DNA of 64,000 nucleotides, from assembly GCF_022539665.2 (NCBI RefSeq), contig NC_081331.1:8742001-8806000 (forward strand), read 5' to 3'. Position numbers and translations under genes: made by a program. The number at the start of each line of letters is the position of its first letter. The stretch's first letter is position 1. The DNA is from Daphnia carinata. Its lineage: Eukaryota. This document shows positions 24,321 through 37,400 of the stretch, in pieces. Under the pieces are notes generated by a model. The model did not search any database and had not been told where the DNA came from. It worked only from the letters and a program-made list of their open reading frames with translations.

Positions 24321-25929
24321 ATGCATTTTGAAAGAATAATATACTTGCTATTAATTTGCATTTGTTCAGGTAAAGTCATAAATTTATTTCTATAGCTTAA
24401 AGCACAGTGATCGCTTTGGTTTTCCATCGAATAATTTATGTCCATAATGAAATAAATCGAATGTTGTGCATATTTCGTAGTGTTTAAACATGCAATGTTG
24501 TTAACAGTATTTCCTTTGAATGTTGAAGTGTTAACAGGAGTAGTTGCTGAATTGTGATAAAAATTGAAATGCTTAGAATGGAATTCGACAAAATTATCTT
24601 TATTGTTACTGATTTCATTTTACCTTTTGCCTACTTTTTTTTTTTTTTTTTTTTAAAGGAAATGCCTTGGTGGATCCAATTCTGACAGGTATAATAGATA
24701 TTCATGTCAATTCAGTTTTGAGTGTAACATATTGATTCCAGCAGCTGTGCCTGAAATGTCCAATAATGAGACATCTATCAATGAGTCATCTGGTGTCGAA
24801 ACTACCACCACCTTGATAACCACCCCTTCAACAGTCATCCCTTCAACAGCCTCTTCCTCAACAATCCCTCCTTCCACGTCTTCTCCTTCAACAATCATGC
24901 CTTCAACAATCACTCCAACAATCATTCCATCAACTCCCTCTTCAACAATCACCCCTTCAACATCTACTCCAAAACCTAATCCTCCCCATCCCTCTGGTAC
25001 GAATTGGGTGGTTGTGGATGAAGAAACAAACATAACATGCATAGTGGTGAAGCTCTCAGCAACAATGATCATTCCGTACCAAACAATCAACGGCAATGTA
25101 ATAGTAAATTCTATATTGGTGTGATTCCTTGTCATCTCTGTTTTTAATAGGTTGAAAATGCTACAATGGCTATACCTAGTAATGCCACATCCAATGGTAC
25201 GTGTAATCTTGGCGTTTTGGATGATCCAAATACCCAGAAAATATCCTTGCAGTGGATGTCTGGCAAGAATGTTATCCCTAATATGTTAACATTTGTCTTT
25301 CACAAAAACATGACTAGGTAGGGTTTCATGCAATTGTCATAACAAGTTGCTAACAGAAGCTATTTAGTAGTGGAAATGAGTCATCTGCGGAGGAACGAGT
25401 TTTTCTTTCAGACATTACGGTGCAGCTTTATCTGGACTCTATTAATTTCCCAAACGCAACAGGTAGTAAGTGTTCGTACACAACTTAATTGTTAGATGCT
25501 ATTTATATATTTTTTTAAAAATATTTTTAGGAGAATATACTTATGCTGAACGTCTGAATAGCAATTTGCATTCAGTAGCTGTCAACAATTCTTATAGGTG
25601 CAATTCCCAGGAGAGTATTGCACTGGATGTTCAGGAGTTAGATAGCTCGGCTACTATTCACATGGCGCACTTGCAAATGGAAGCCTTCCGAACATCGGTT
25701 AATGATAAGTTTAGTTCTGGTGAGGAAACTATTCTAATCATAGACGATTCAGGAAGTTAATGGTTTTATTCTCATTTCAGCGGTTGATTGTCCTGCTGAT
25801 AAAGTTGTCACATCAGACATTGTACCAATTGCTGTGGGTTGTGCCTTGGCTGCGCTCGTGGTAGTTGTCCTTGTTGCGTATCTCATTGGTAGAAGACGTG
25901 CTCGTCAAAGAGGGTATCAAAGTGTTTGA
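24321..25929 (+). CDS. LAMP1: Lysosome-associated membrane glycoprotein (LAMP family), about 7 exons
   Basis: Signal peptide [16 protein letters not shown]; Ser/Thr/Pro mucin-like stretch; LAMP domain ([31 protein letters not shown]); TM helix [24 protein letters not shown]; tail [12 protein letters not shown] (GYXXphi sorting signal). Confidence 0.93.
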
Positions 25930-27677
25930 AGAACGGAGAAACCGTAGCAAATGGATTACATGGGAAATGCTATGTTATTGGTGTATTGGTATCGGGGAAA
26001 TTGCTGTGTTACTAAAAGTTCGTCAGAATTGCGTGAATTGGCTGGAAAGTTAAAACTGTCTCGATTTTATATTTGCTAGTGTAGCTCTGGCTTAAATTTT
26101 TTTATACTGTTTCGAATTTCTGGCATGTCTGTGGTAAACCGATGACGGAAATAAAGCTAGAAAGTGAAGTATTATTCCCATTTCGCATTCTACTGATATA
26201 TATGAGATGTAGCATGAAGGTAGATTATCCATATTCCCACTAGAACTTCCATCAAAAAGCACTATAGCGGTTGTAATAGATCAGTAGCTCAGCAATATCA
26301 TCTTCAATATATTGGTCGAGTCATTTTATGGATTTGGTTGCACTTGCAGATTGAAGATCAACGGGAGTTCTAACAATAGCCAATGGAGAAGTCGGGGACT
26401 CAGCGAGACGTAGAGTAATTAGGGAACCACAGCTTTCCTAAGTTACTGGGCAAAATTACTGGATTAGCACTATTAGGGCTCGTCCCCGCAAAGATCATGG
26501 ATCTTTTTCGTCGATTCAGTGCGGGATTTCGGTGCCGGGTGCGACGATTCTTGCATTTTGTACTATCTCGGACTTCAATGAAAGGCCATCTCCAAATAGA
26601 TCCTTATGGCACTATTTTTTGCCTCGAATGCTCCGTATTTCTACTACGACTATTGTTTCCTTCAATTTTGCCGCATGGCATTTTTTTAATTCTTTTGTAA
26701 CAAATAAAATAAGCCTCGATGCTTACCAATATACTATTAGGCAATAAATTTGTGCAATACACACATCTATATATGTTCTATTACATTATATCACATTGTT
26801 GTTTATATTATTTATACGTATGGTTTTTATTCAAGCGCACAGGGCATACAAAAACATCTCTTAACAGCATTACATAATGCGAAGTTCGCCCCTTTTTGTC
26901 TACGTGCTTCACACCTGTTTTGCTCTTTACACGAAACAATCGTACAGATTATTTCTTCGATGTCTCGAAGTCCTAGAGCCGCATTTTTACTCTGTCTTAA
27001 GTACGTGATATGCACTTAAGTGTGCACTGGCTTAATCAAAATTCTTACTTAGCCAAAAATCTATTCTGACAATACTTTCGAAGACATGACTAGACTTAAA
27101 AGATAAAGAATTTTGCTTTTCAACCTCTAAGTAAACTAAACTCATAATCCAGTTTTTTTTATTGAAGGCCAAAAGTCAGGTAGAAATACTGGAAACAAGT
27201 TGAAAATCAGTTGACCTTTCACTTCAAGGTGCATTCATGCTGTATCTTACGAACTTACTAGAAATTCTAGACAGTTTCTAAATTTTCGGTGCAATTTAGG
27301 TAATATTAAAAGAGGCTTTTACGAAATTGCTAGCATACGCAGGGTATTCGGCGAAATTAACCAAGTCATGGTCGAATACGGGACGCTCGTAAACACGAAG
27401 CAGTATTCTTTCAAATAATTATTTCGTCAATAAAAGTGTTCGTTTTTCTTCTGCAGCAATCGCTGTTTGGTGTTTCATTACACGTTTCATTTTTCATCGG
27501 TTATACCACGTGATAAGTTTTGTTTTCATATGAACAACGTTCAATTTAGGAAACGTTAAAAATTTTATTTCCATTCAGTTTAAACCATGAAGGTAGATGA
27601 AACTAAATAAAAATCAGATTGCATCCTTCGATTTGCACAGTTCGTTTTAGGTCTTGGTGTGATACAGTCCTCTGAAG

Positions 27678-28117
27678 ATGTTCACCCTCTCCGATGTTTT
27701 GTCAAACTGGCCGTATTTTGACGTCGCCGTCGTGCGTTTTGCGGAAATTTCTTTCACAGATCGTGTCGGCCGGTACCGTCGTCTCATCTCGTTGGATCGG
27801 GAGCTCTTCAAAAGCGCTCTTTCCGAAGCCAAAGAGAACTATGGCTATTTAGGCTTTACGCCATCTGCTGGGTAATGGAAGCTTGAAGATTTTTATTACA
27901 GGTACATTTCCCTTTATTGTTAGGCAGTTTCTTTTTTTATTTTCAATTCGGTTTTTTGCTGTTATTTAGTACGTATCCCGGTTATGCAAAGTATCACGAT
28001 TATTATTCGCAACCCTACGCGAGGCTTTTGTGGTGGCTCGAATCAGGCGAAGATGTTTATCATCCAACTTCATGGCGCTCCGACTTCTTCCCGGATTATT
28101 TTACTCTCTTCCGTTGA
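27678..28117 (+). CDS. Putative small two-exon gene of unknown product
   Basis: ORF MFTLSDVLS...GFTPSAG splices in frame (GG|gtaatg...tttag|T) to TYPGYAKYHDYYSQPYARLLWWLESGEDVYHPTSWRSDFFPDYFTLFR*; no family recognised; start uncertain. Confidence 0.35.
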
Positions 28118-29271
28118 GGCAAAGATGGAAGCTCGGCTCGCTTGGCTACAAGCTATTTCCCATTCCTGGCGAGATGAAGATGAAGCCCTATAATTTACGC
28201 ACCCAATTGCTTTTGGAATCACTTTTTTGGATGTTTAATACAGTTTTAAACGCAAACTGTTTCTTTGATGGCAACTTGATCCTGTGATAGAGGGAACTAT
28301 AGACTACAAATAGAGCATAATGACAACAAACACACAACACATAATGGTGCCAACGTTTGAAAAAAAAGAGCGAATGCTATAGAGTTTGTAGCCCAAACTC
28401 CTTCCTCCCGCGGTCTCCGGGTGGAAGACTGACCACATCGTATTGCTCGTGAGCAGCTAGTCTCCGGCTAAGCGTGTAAGATTTATAACCTAAATATATT
28501 GTTGTTACACCTAATATAAAATTGCCAATATTAATTCACAGGCAGTCTTGCCGTTCCGATCGATTTTTTTTATCTTGATCTTGATCACCGATCCGATCTT
28601 TGGTGATTGATCTTGATCGTCGATTCGATCTTTTGAGAATGATGTGATCGGCGAATTTTTCTTGAAACATAATTTCTAAACTTGAACGCACTGATTGGGT
28701 GCTTGTTCTTTTTTTTGTGGAATAAGTGCTAGAATTTAAAATAAACCTTTTTTAATTTTTCTGACTACAGAAAAAAATATTCCAAGTTCACGTTTGTTTT
28801 GGCATCTCGAAATAGCAAAAACCTTTTTATCTGCTAGAAATACTTCTTCGCAAAGAGCAAATTTAAGAATGAGTACTCGCAGATCATTTAAAAAATCAGG
28901 AATAGACTAAACAGCATCCGATGCTTTGACTATAATTTATTTTCTTTGGGAAACCAAGGTACAATTTAACATTAAAATTTTTTTTTTGAGACACAATTCA
29001 GAAATTTTCGACGCAACTTCCATAACTGGTGTATAGTTTTAAAAATCAACATAGCCGTCAAGCCATTTCCGATACCGATACACGGATGGATCGACGATAC
29101 GCAGAAACCCCGATACGACATTTCATGTAACTTCAGAATTCCGATGTATCCCCAACACTAGCCTTAACCATTATGTAGGCCTTGGGCAAGCAGACTACCA
29201 TTCATAGTGCTTCTAGTTTCAATTCCATAAACGAAATTTTTTATTTATTCACTAGGAGCCGAAAAATCGGA

Positions 29272-32200
29272 ATGGTTATACTAAATTTATCTCAAGAAGT
29301 GAGTTTCGTTATTTTTATGTCAGCTGATAGAAATTCACGAAGTAGTATTTAAATTTGTTGAGCAAACTAGCAGTATGTTTTCCTCTTGAATTTAAATGTG
29401 GAATTGCATCTCTATGTGAAGAACCTGTGTAAACTATTGTGTCTGCTACCTATGGTGGTAGAGAAAAAATAGTAAAAGAAAATCGTTCATGCCAATAAGT
29501 GCCAGTTTCACTCTTGGACCAAAATATTACCATTTATTATTATTTTCACTTACGGAACTTTCAGTTTTTGGCCTCTACAATATTAATAATCAAAAATTCC
29601 ATCATTCTTTCAATTTCCGTATTGGGATTAAAATGATAACAGTAATAAATTTTAAATTTCTATAGCCCCCTCTTGTCCAGGCAATATTCAAAGGAAATCT
29701 TAATGAAATAGAAAGCCTTCTGAAGGAGAATGTTGACATTAATTATCAAGATGATGAAAAACGTAGCCCACTGCATGCCTCTGCATATAAAGGAAATGCA
29801 AGTATTACAGAGTTTCTTTTGCAAAAAGGGGCCAGAGTGAATATTAAAGATTCTAAATGGCTTACACCCTTACATCGAGCTTGCAGATCAGGAAATGATG
29901 TAAGCTTGGGGAGGGGGTGTGAAGATATATTATTTGGTAACCAATCTTAAGTGTTAATTATTAACATGGCAGGATACAGTTCAAGTATTACTCAAATACA
30001 ATGCTGATACTAATGCTCGTGATAAAAACTGGCAAACCCCATTGCACATAGCTAGCTGTAATAATGGCTACAAATGTGCCAAAACATTGCTGGCGGTATC
30101 TCCCACAGTAAATGTTTCAGATCGGTCTGGCTGTACTGCACTTCATCATGCCTGTTTCAATGGGTATGGTTTTATTAAATATGTTATCCATCAATATCTT
30201 GAAACTGTTTGTCATCTACTTTTTAGTCATAGTGATCTAGTAGAGCTTTTGATTCAACATGGAGCTTCGTTGAATGCATTTGATAAAAGAGATAGACAGG
30301 CACTACACTGGGCGTCATACATGGGTCATACGGCTGTTGTGAAAATCTTACTTCAGTTTGGTGCCGAAGTGAACATACGAGACAAGGACCTGTATTCGCC
30401 TTTGCACGCGGTAAATGTTGCGGCATATTAATTGAGCACCTTAATTAATTTTGCTTAACTTTAAACAAAGATCTGTTAAAAAATTTAATCTCCTTCCAAT
30501 TTTGTGTCTTCACTGCTCTGCCGTACTTTATTTTTTGTCTCTTCTGCCTTTGGTCATAATTAGGCCGCTGCAAGTGGCCAAGTTTGTGTGGCACAACAGT
30601 TACTGGAAGCTGGGGCTGACCGCAACGCTAAAAATTCTTTCGGAAACACACCTTTACACACAGCGTGCCTTAATGGGCACGAACTGGTGTGCCAAGAATT
30701 TGTGGCCTCGGGAGCCCTCATCAATGCCTTAAATGTTGCAGGGCAAACTCCAGTTCATATTGCTGCTACCGCAACAAATGTATGCAAGTTGTAGCCGATC
30801 TTTGATACACACAACTAAATGCAAAACTAATTTGAAAATAGGGGGAGCAATGCCTAACTCATCTTATAGATCAACAAGCAAATATAAATCTTCAAGCTAA
30901 AGATGGGTATTTTTCAAATAGTGTATGCATTGACCTTCCAGCGACTGATTTTTTAAATAACACTTAGGCGCACCCCGTTACATATGACTGCCATTCATGG
31001 ACGGTTTACCAGAGCACAGATGCTTTTGGATCGCGGAGCGCTCGTTGATATTGGAGACAAGGAAGGTTGTATGTTTTTGTTTTATATTTAATTTTTCTTC
31101 TTTTTTTTTTTAAGTTGACCATTTAGTAAATGAGTATCTAGATGTCATACTTTTATTAACCTAAAGTCGAATATGTTGGCAATGCAAATTGAATTTACGA
31201 TTAAACAATGTTCTAGTTTATTCCAAAATTTAGTTTCGTATTAACTCCTGAGTGAGTTTCGAAAATCCTTTGACCTAGACATAGCATAAATGTCACTAGT
31301 TATTGCTCAGCAAAGTATGATTGTTTATCAAATGTTTTCTTTCAGGTTGCACTGCCCTACATATTGCAGCTGCACATGGCCATGAACTGTTAATCGGTGT
31401 GCTTCTCAAATTCGGGGCCGACCCTAGCCGAAAAGGCCGTTGTGGTATGACTCCAATGCATCTGGCAGCCTTGAGTGGATATGTTGAATGTTGCCGAAAA
31501 CTACTTCATGTGCGCGGCGAATTGGATACCCAAGATGATTATGGCAGAACGTGCCTTCACCTCTGCGCATATAAAGGAAACGCAGAATGCGTTGATTTAT
31601 TAATTAGTAGTGGAGCTGACTTTAATGTGATTGACTCTTTTGGTCGAATTCCCCTGCATTATGCTGCAAGTCAAGCTCATTACCAATGCGTATATACTTT
31701 AGTAAGTGTGGGATCCAGCATAAGCTTAATAGATTCGGCAGGTGCAACAGCCCTCCACTATGCGGCTGCCGCTGACGTGGATGGCAAATGCGTTGAATAT
31801 TTACTTAGACGCAAGGCAAATACCTCCACCCTGGACAAACAAGGCTACTCGGTGCTTCACTATGCTGCAGCAGGTATGCATGTCAAGAGAAGTTGATCAG
31901 GTAGTCACACTTGCTTTTGTCACTTCCCTTCTTTGTTTCGATGCAATTTTAGGCGGGCACGATGGAGCGTTACATGTGCTGCTGAACGAGTTTTCAGTTT
32001 CTAATAGCGGTGGGTATGCAAATGAACCGTTGAGCATATCCCCACTACATTTGGCTGCTTACAAGGGCCACAGAAAAGCAGTGACGACGCTTGCTGCCAT
32101 AAGCTCTGATGTTAATGTGACTGATTCAAATGGAAGGACGCCGCTGGATTTATCGGCTCAATTTGGTCATGTAGAATGTATAAATGCCCTGATGGAGTAC

Positions 32201-34467
32201 GGCGCTCATCCGGTTGCTCAACCCGGAACCCTTCGAACTGCTATTCACCGAGCGGCAGCCAACGGACATTTTGCATGTCTGCAACAGCTTCTTGATAGGT
32301 AATAGTAAATGACGGTGTCGGTTCCCTAGGCGTCTTAACTAATGCATAGTGCATAATGAAACGCTAGGCATATGGAGCTTGTGGATGTACGGGATTCGCA
32401 AAATCGAACGCCGTTAATGCTTGCCGTCCAACACGCAAGTGAAGGACGGAAGCAATCAACTGACATTTTGTTAGCTTACGGCTCTGTTGTAGACCTTTTC
32501 GACAACAACGGCAGAACTGCATTGCATTATGCTTCATGTCGAGGGTCCGAAGACTGTGTTACTTCGTTGTTGGATGCCAAAGCCTCACCATACCAGAAGG
32601 ACCACTTGGGCAAAACACCATTTCACCTTGCAGCGGCTGCGGGAAATGTAAACGTGCTGAAACAGTTGCTGTCGCAAGACAACGAGCCTTTAAATGGTTT
32701 GAAGCTGCTCGATAATGAGCACTACACACCCCTTCATTGGGCAGCTTACAAAGGTAAGAGGAAAAAAGAAACATACTTTTTGGGAAACCAATTAGCCTGC
32801 ACAGATTATTATTTTTTTTTTTTTATTGCAAAATGGAAATTATGTTATCATCCAGCCATAAAAGCTTTCGCAGAAGTTATCCGGCTATGAATTTCTGTAA
32901 AGAAATTGTAGTGCTGTGGATGTCAAACTTTTTCGAGTGTATTCGCCTTTGGAGGCTTTGAAATGGGATAGGACTTTGCGGTAGCTTGTGTTGTGCGCGC
33001 GCCGATGATAGTAATGGCTACTCCTTTAATTGATTGCAGGTCACGAAAATTGTGTAGAAGCATTATTGGAGCATGATCCAAGCTCAACCTCAGTTGGAAA
33101 CCAGTTCACGCCTCTTCATTGTGCCGTGTAAGTCATGTTGTAGGAATAAAACAATTTTATCATTAAAAACATAGTTCAATGTATCGTAGCTCTCAAGGAA
33201 ACGAATTGTGCGCTGCCGCTTTATTGGAACATTATGGACCATCGGCCGTCCAGGCAAAAGACAGACGAGGTCAAACAGCTGTTCATGGTGAGTCGTGCCT
33301 AACTAACAAACAACTTTATTTATTATTTAAAAATTCATTTCGTTTAGTTTTCTGATTTTGGTTTTACCATTACTTGCCTTTATGTCACAGTGGCCTCTGC
33401 TTGTGGATCAACTGACATGTTGTTGCTTCTTCTCAACTACGTTCCTGATTTGAATGCCCAAGATGCCCGCCAACGAACACCCATAATGCTAGCAGCCAAG
33501 GGCCATACGTGCGTCCTAGGTAATTTGGTGAATAGTACTTAATTTTTTTTCTTCTTCGTTTTCGTGACTGAAATTGAACTATGATCGTCGTTTTTATTTG
33601 TTTCTGATGTTATAGAATTGCTACTCACCCAGTGTGTCGATCTGTCGAAGCGTGATCGAAATGGAAATACGGCTTTACACCACGCCTGCCTCGCCTCTGC
33701 CGAATCTGCTGCCCTGATGCTTCTAGAGAGAATAACCGAACCTGAGTTGATTGATGCAGCAAACTCTGACCTAAGAACGTAAATGAAATTGAAGACTTTA
33801 ATGCAAAATGTTCGTAAGACGTGAAAATTTGTGTTAGGCCGTTGCATATTGCCGCGAGAAATGGACTGGTAGCAGTCACTCAAACGTTGCTTGAAAAGGG
33901 AGCGTCGGTCACGGTAATTGATGTGAACGGATACAACCCTGCCTTATCCTGCGCACCGAATGCTAGAGTAGCCGATTGCCTTTCAATGATTATTCATATC
34001 ATGATTGATTCTGTCCGCACCAACGGAAGGAGATCGAGTTCTCTCAACTTGTCTTCTTTAAGCCTAGGTAATGTATATAAATGATAGTTCTGTACGCAAA
34101 TTTGTTACTCCTATCAACAGGCCCACCCACCGTCAACCTTTTTTCTTCCACTGCCTAATAAAGCCTTGCATTGCGAGAGTGCAATGGAAACAAGTTTTGC
34201 TTTGTTTTGGTCCAAAGTTGTCATGTCAAATAAGTTTATTATGACGCTGACTAGAACAGCATTTTTGCTTGCTTATGTATTAAAGATGAAGGTCTGTTAA
34301 CGGTAATTGTAATTTTAAAATGTCTTTTGCTTTTAACAGCCAACAGAAAGACGCAAGATTTTAACGCTGGACGAACAGCTCAAACAGCCTCTCCTGGAGA
34401 GGAAGATGAAGACAATGAAGATCGGGAGTCTTATTCAATCCGAAGTTCAGACTCGGAATTTTATTGA
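29272..34467 (+). CDS. ANKRD28: Ser/Thr-protein phosphatase 6 regulatory ankyrin repeat subunit (ANKRD28/44/52 family), multi-exon
   Basis: N-terminus [17 protein letters not shown], then [67 protein letters not shown]; many ankyrin repeats; ends SSDSEFY*. Paralog label is nominal. Confidence 0.92.
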
Positions 34468-37400
34468 TTTGTTAGATCGCTAGTGCGAGGGCAACGTACG
34501 TCAATATTTCTCCCAGTTGATGAGGATGAATTGAAGTGTAACGCGTGATAGTGTACTTTTCTTCAGGTTGCATTCCATTTCATGTTGCTTTCTTATGGCG
34601 TAATCTTCAACAAAATTTCGACGTGATTCAGTATGTGATTAATGCCTGCAATTCACTTTCTTCCTATTATCTCCCCAATGTTTAACGCCCGCAGCACGTT
34701 TCCTTGATTTCATTCCATTGGGTGCCATTCCACTTATGGGGTATTCACGTTCCAGTAATTGTCGCCTAGCGGTTGTACAATTCCCATTCGGAATTGATTT
34801 TTATTCGAATATTTACATGGAAATATTCAATTACATTCAGCTTGTAAGAAACTTAGTTTTATCTCATTCGATTATTCAGTTATGTTAGAAACACTCTTCG
34901 TGTCTTCTTGCTCCTTTCTTGAAATTCCTAACTGACCAAGAAAAACTAAATCATTTTTGTCTGGTTAGTTTCTATCTAAGCTTCAGCACAATATACATTA
35001 CGGATTTATAATAGCCAAAGGTAGGTCCATTCTTTTATGCGTTATTTACGTCATTCGCCAACAATTGTGTGAATAAAACGAAACATTTTGAAACTTGTTA
35101 TAAAAAGAATCCAAAACATCAAAATTTGATGTTTTGGATTTGATTTAGACACGAGTTGAGTCGAGTGGGATGAGTCTCCGATGAAACGTGATATTACAAT
35201 CTTATTGAAATGTCGTGGGCTTTATAAAAAAGGGGTGAACAAATAATAAAGGAAAAATCATCGCGTAGAGAATAGCATACGTTGTATTGTCCTATTCTTA
35301 TTGAAAATAGTTCGTTAAATTGTAATTAAACTTATTTCCAACACATCCCGTGTAACCCACATGAATGTGAAGTATGGAACGAAGTGTAAAAGGTCTCTAT
35401 CGACACCGTGGCAAAAGCTTTATTATAATTGCTTGAAGGACGATGGACAAATCAAAGGTCGAAAAGATGGCATCAACGGTGAGGAGTCTGAAATTGGGGT
35501 ATGTTACCGGGAGTTTAAACTGCTAGATATCAGGATCTGTTGTTCATCAAACAAAAGTTGTTAAATCAATATCAAAGCGCTGTTACTTCATATACACGAC
35601 TAAAGCTTTGCTAGACTGAAGACCGTAGCATACTAGCGTGCTGCATGTGACTGGTTAGAAAAGAAAAAAAAAATGCAATAAAGTAGAACGCTTTTATGTC
35701 TGTGCGGTTGCGCAAACCGTCAAATCCTACCCCATCCGACACTAAGTATTAATTGTAAACCTATTGATTTATTTGTTTCACAGGTAAAAATGAAGTAGAA
35801 AAATCTATATAATAAAATCTTAGTTAACTTTGAGTTTTTTTTTTGTTGTTTCATTTGTTTCATTTTGTAAATTTTAGATAGACGGAAATTTTACGTCAGA
35901 AGAAGTCGCCAGCTCGCTACTCAGCAGCACCAGAGCGGATGGCAAAGTCCAACGCTGCGAAGTGTTTGCCTAAAATAAAAGTTGGCAACGCTGGTCCTAC
36001 GTCACGAATCGACGGGGTTTACAGGAGACGCAAGCTTGAGAGACGGCCGGACCGACCGCACCCCAAAGCTCCCTCTTTCCGACCTCTGTGGTGTTCGTGT
36101 GTTTTACTCAAGAACGTCCAGCCAACAAGCCGCTCGGGTTTTTTTTTTGGTGCTAGCCAGTGGAAGCCAAGAGTTCAACTGTAGTTGTGTGCACATTTTA
36201 AACATACTTCACACGCCGGAATCTATGTGATTCTTGGTGGGCTGTTACTTCCTTTTTGGATATTAGTTAAGGTAAGCCTGTGTTTGTTAGCCTTTCACCC
36301 TGTCTCACTGCTGGCTCAATGCCCTGCCTCTCGTTCGTTATCGTCGTATGGAGTGAACCGGTGAATTTTTTTTACCCCCAAACGTCGTCTCGAATTTGCT
36401 GTTGTTTTCATTTCTTCGATCTATTTCTCTGTACGTGACCCATGGTCGACATTGTTCATCCATAATGTGAAGACTGTTATCTTTCTTTCATCGTCTGTGA
36501 CGTCGTTCCTAGCACATATTCCAACAAGCGTCATCCATTGGTCTATGAACAAAACGAAGCCTCTCCTATCAACTTTGTTTTCACTTCAGGTCCGTTTCGG
36601 TTCATTATACAGGTCGGCAGTTTTAGCGTTTAGAATTTCTTTCACAGAATCAGTTGGCCTCGAAGTGGTATAGGCTATTCGTTCGCTCCTTTATAAGCAG
36701 TGACAGGCTTGACGTTCATAAGGTGCCCAGGGTGTATGTATGGTTTTATTCGTTGGTACCCAGTAACTTCAAGTTTTTGGGGCGTAAAGAAAGTCACTCA
36801 TCTCTTCGTTCGTCTGCGTTCTGGAAAAACCGAGCGTTTAACGTTCTCCGTATCGATGACGTGAGTGTCATATTCAATTTATTTGTGCCCGAAGACAATG
36901 GCTCTCTTTTTCTTTTCCTGAGCAAACGTTAATTCATCTAGTAATTTCTCAGCTTTGATGACATCAATGTGAAATCCGTTAAAATTACGTTGTGCTTCCA
37001 CTTGCAATTCTTTTATGTCGTTCTTTACTCGACAGTTTCTTGCGCAACGCCACCTGTCGGATTATGGAATTACTAGATGTTCTAATTTTTGCGGTAAAAA
37101 ATTTTCCTAAATAAAGGATCAGTAAAAATAAACAAGGGTGCTAAGCTCTGAACAAAACAAATTAATGGGTTAAATAGGCTGCCAGAGGTGTCAGGCTGCG
37201 ACGCGCATTTAAAAAACCAAAACCAAAAAAACAAAACAACAACATGGCTTTCAGCAAATGTTTGGAATATTCTTTCTCATCACTGCGATTGTAGGTTTCT
37301 ATTTCAACCCTCCTGGTACTACTTCCTTTATCCATTCTCTCTTCTTCTCCCTCTCCTAGTCTGTCATTCTCCCTCGCTCCGTCTCCCTTTCACTTTCCTT

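Noticed and set aside
26400..27020. Short ORFs downstream of LAMP1
   Set aside because: No recognisable motif or consistent splice model.
28385..28480. HDV-like ribozyme (CCTCCCGCGG and GGCTAA motifs)
   Set aside because: I could not build the P1 or P2 helices; a covariance-model search would be needed to revive it.
35160..35192. Hammerhead-like GATGAG...GAAAC
   Set aside because: The CUGA core is absent and stem II does not pair.
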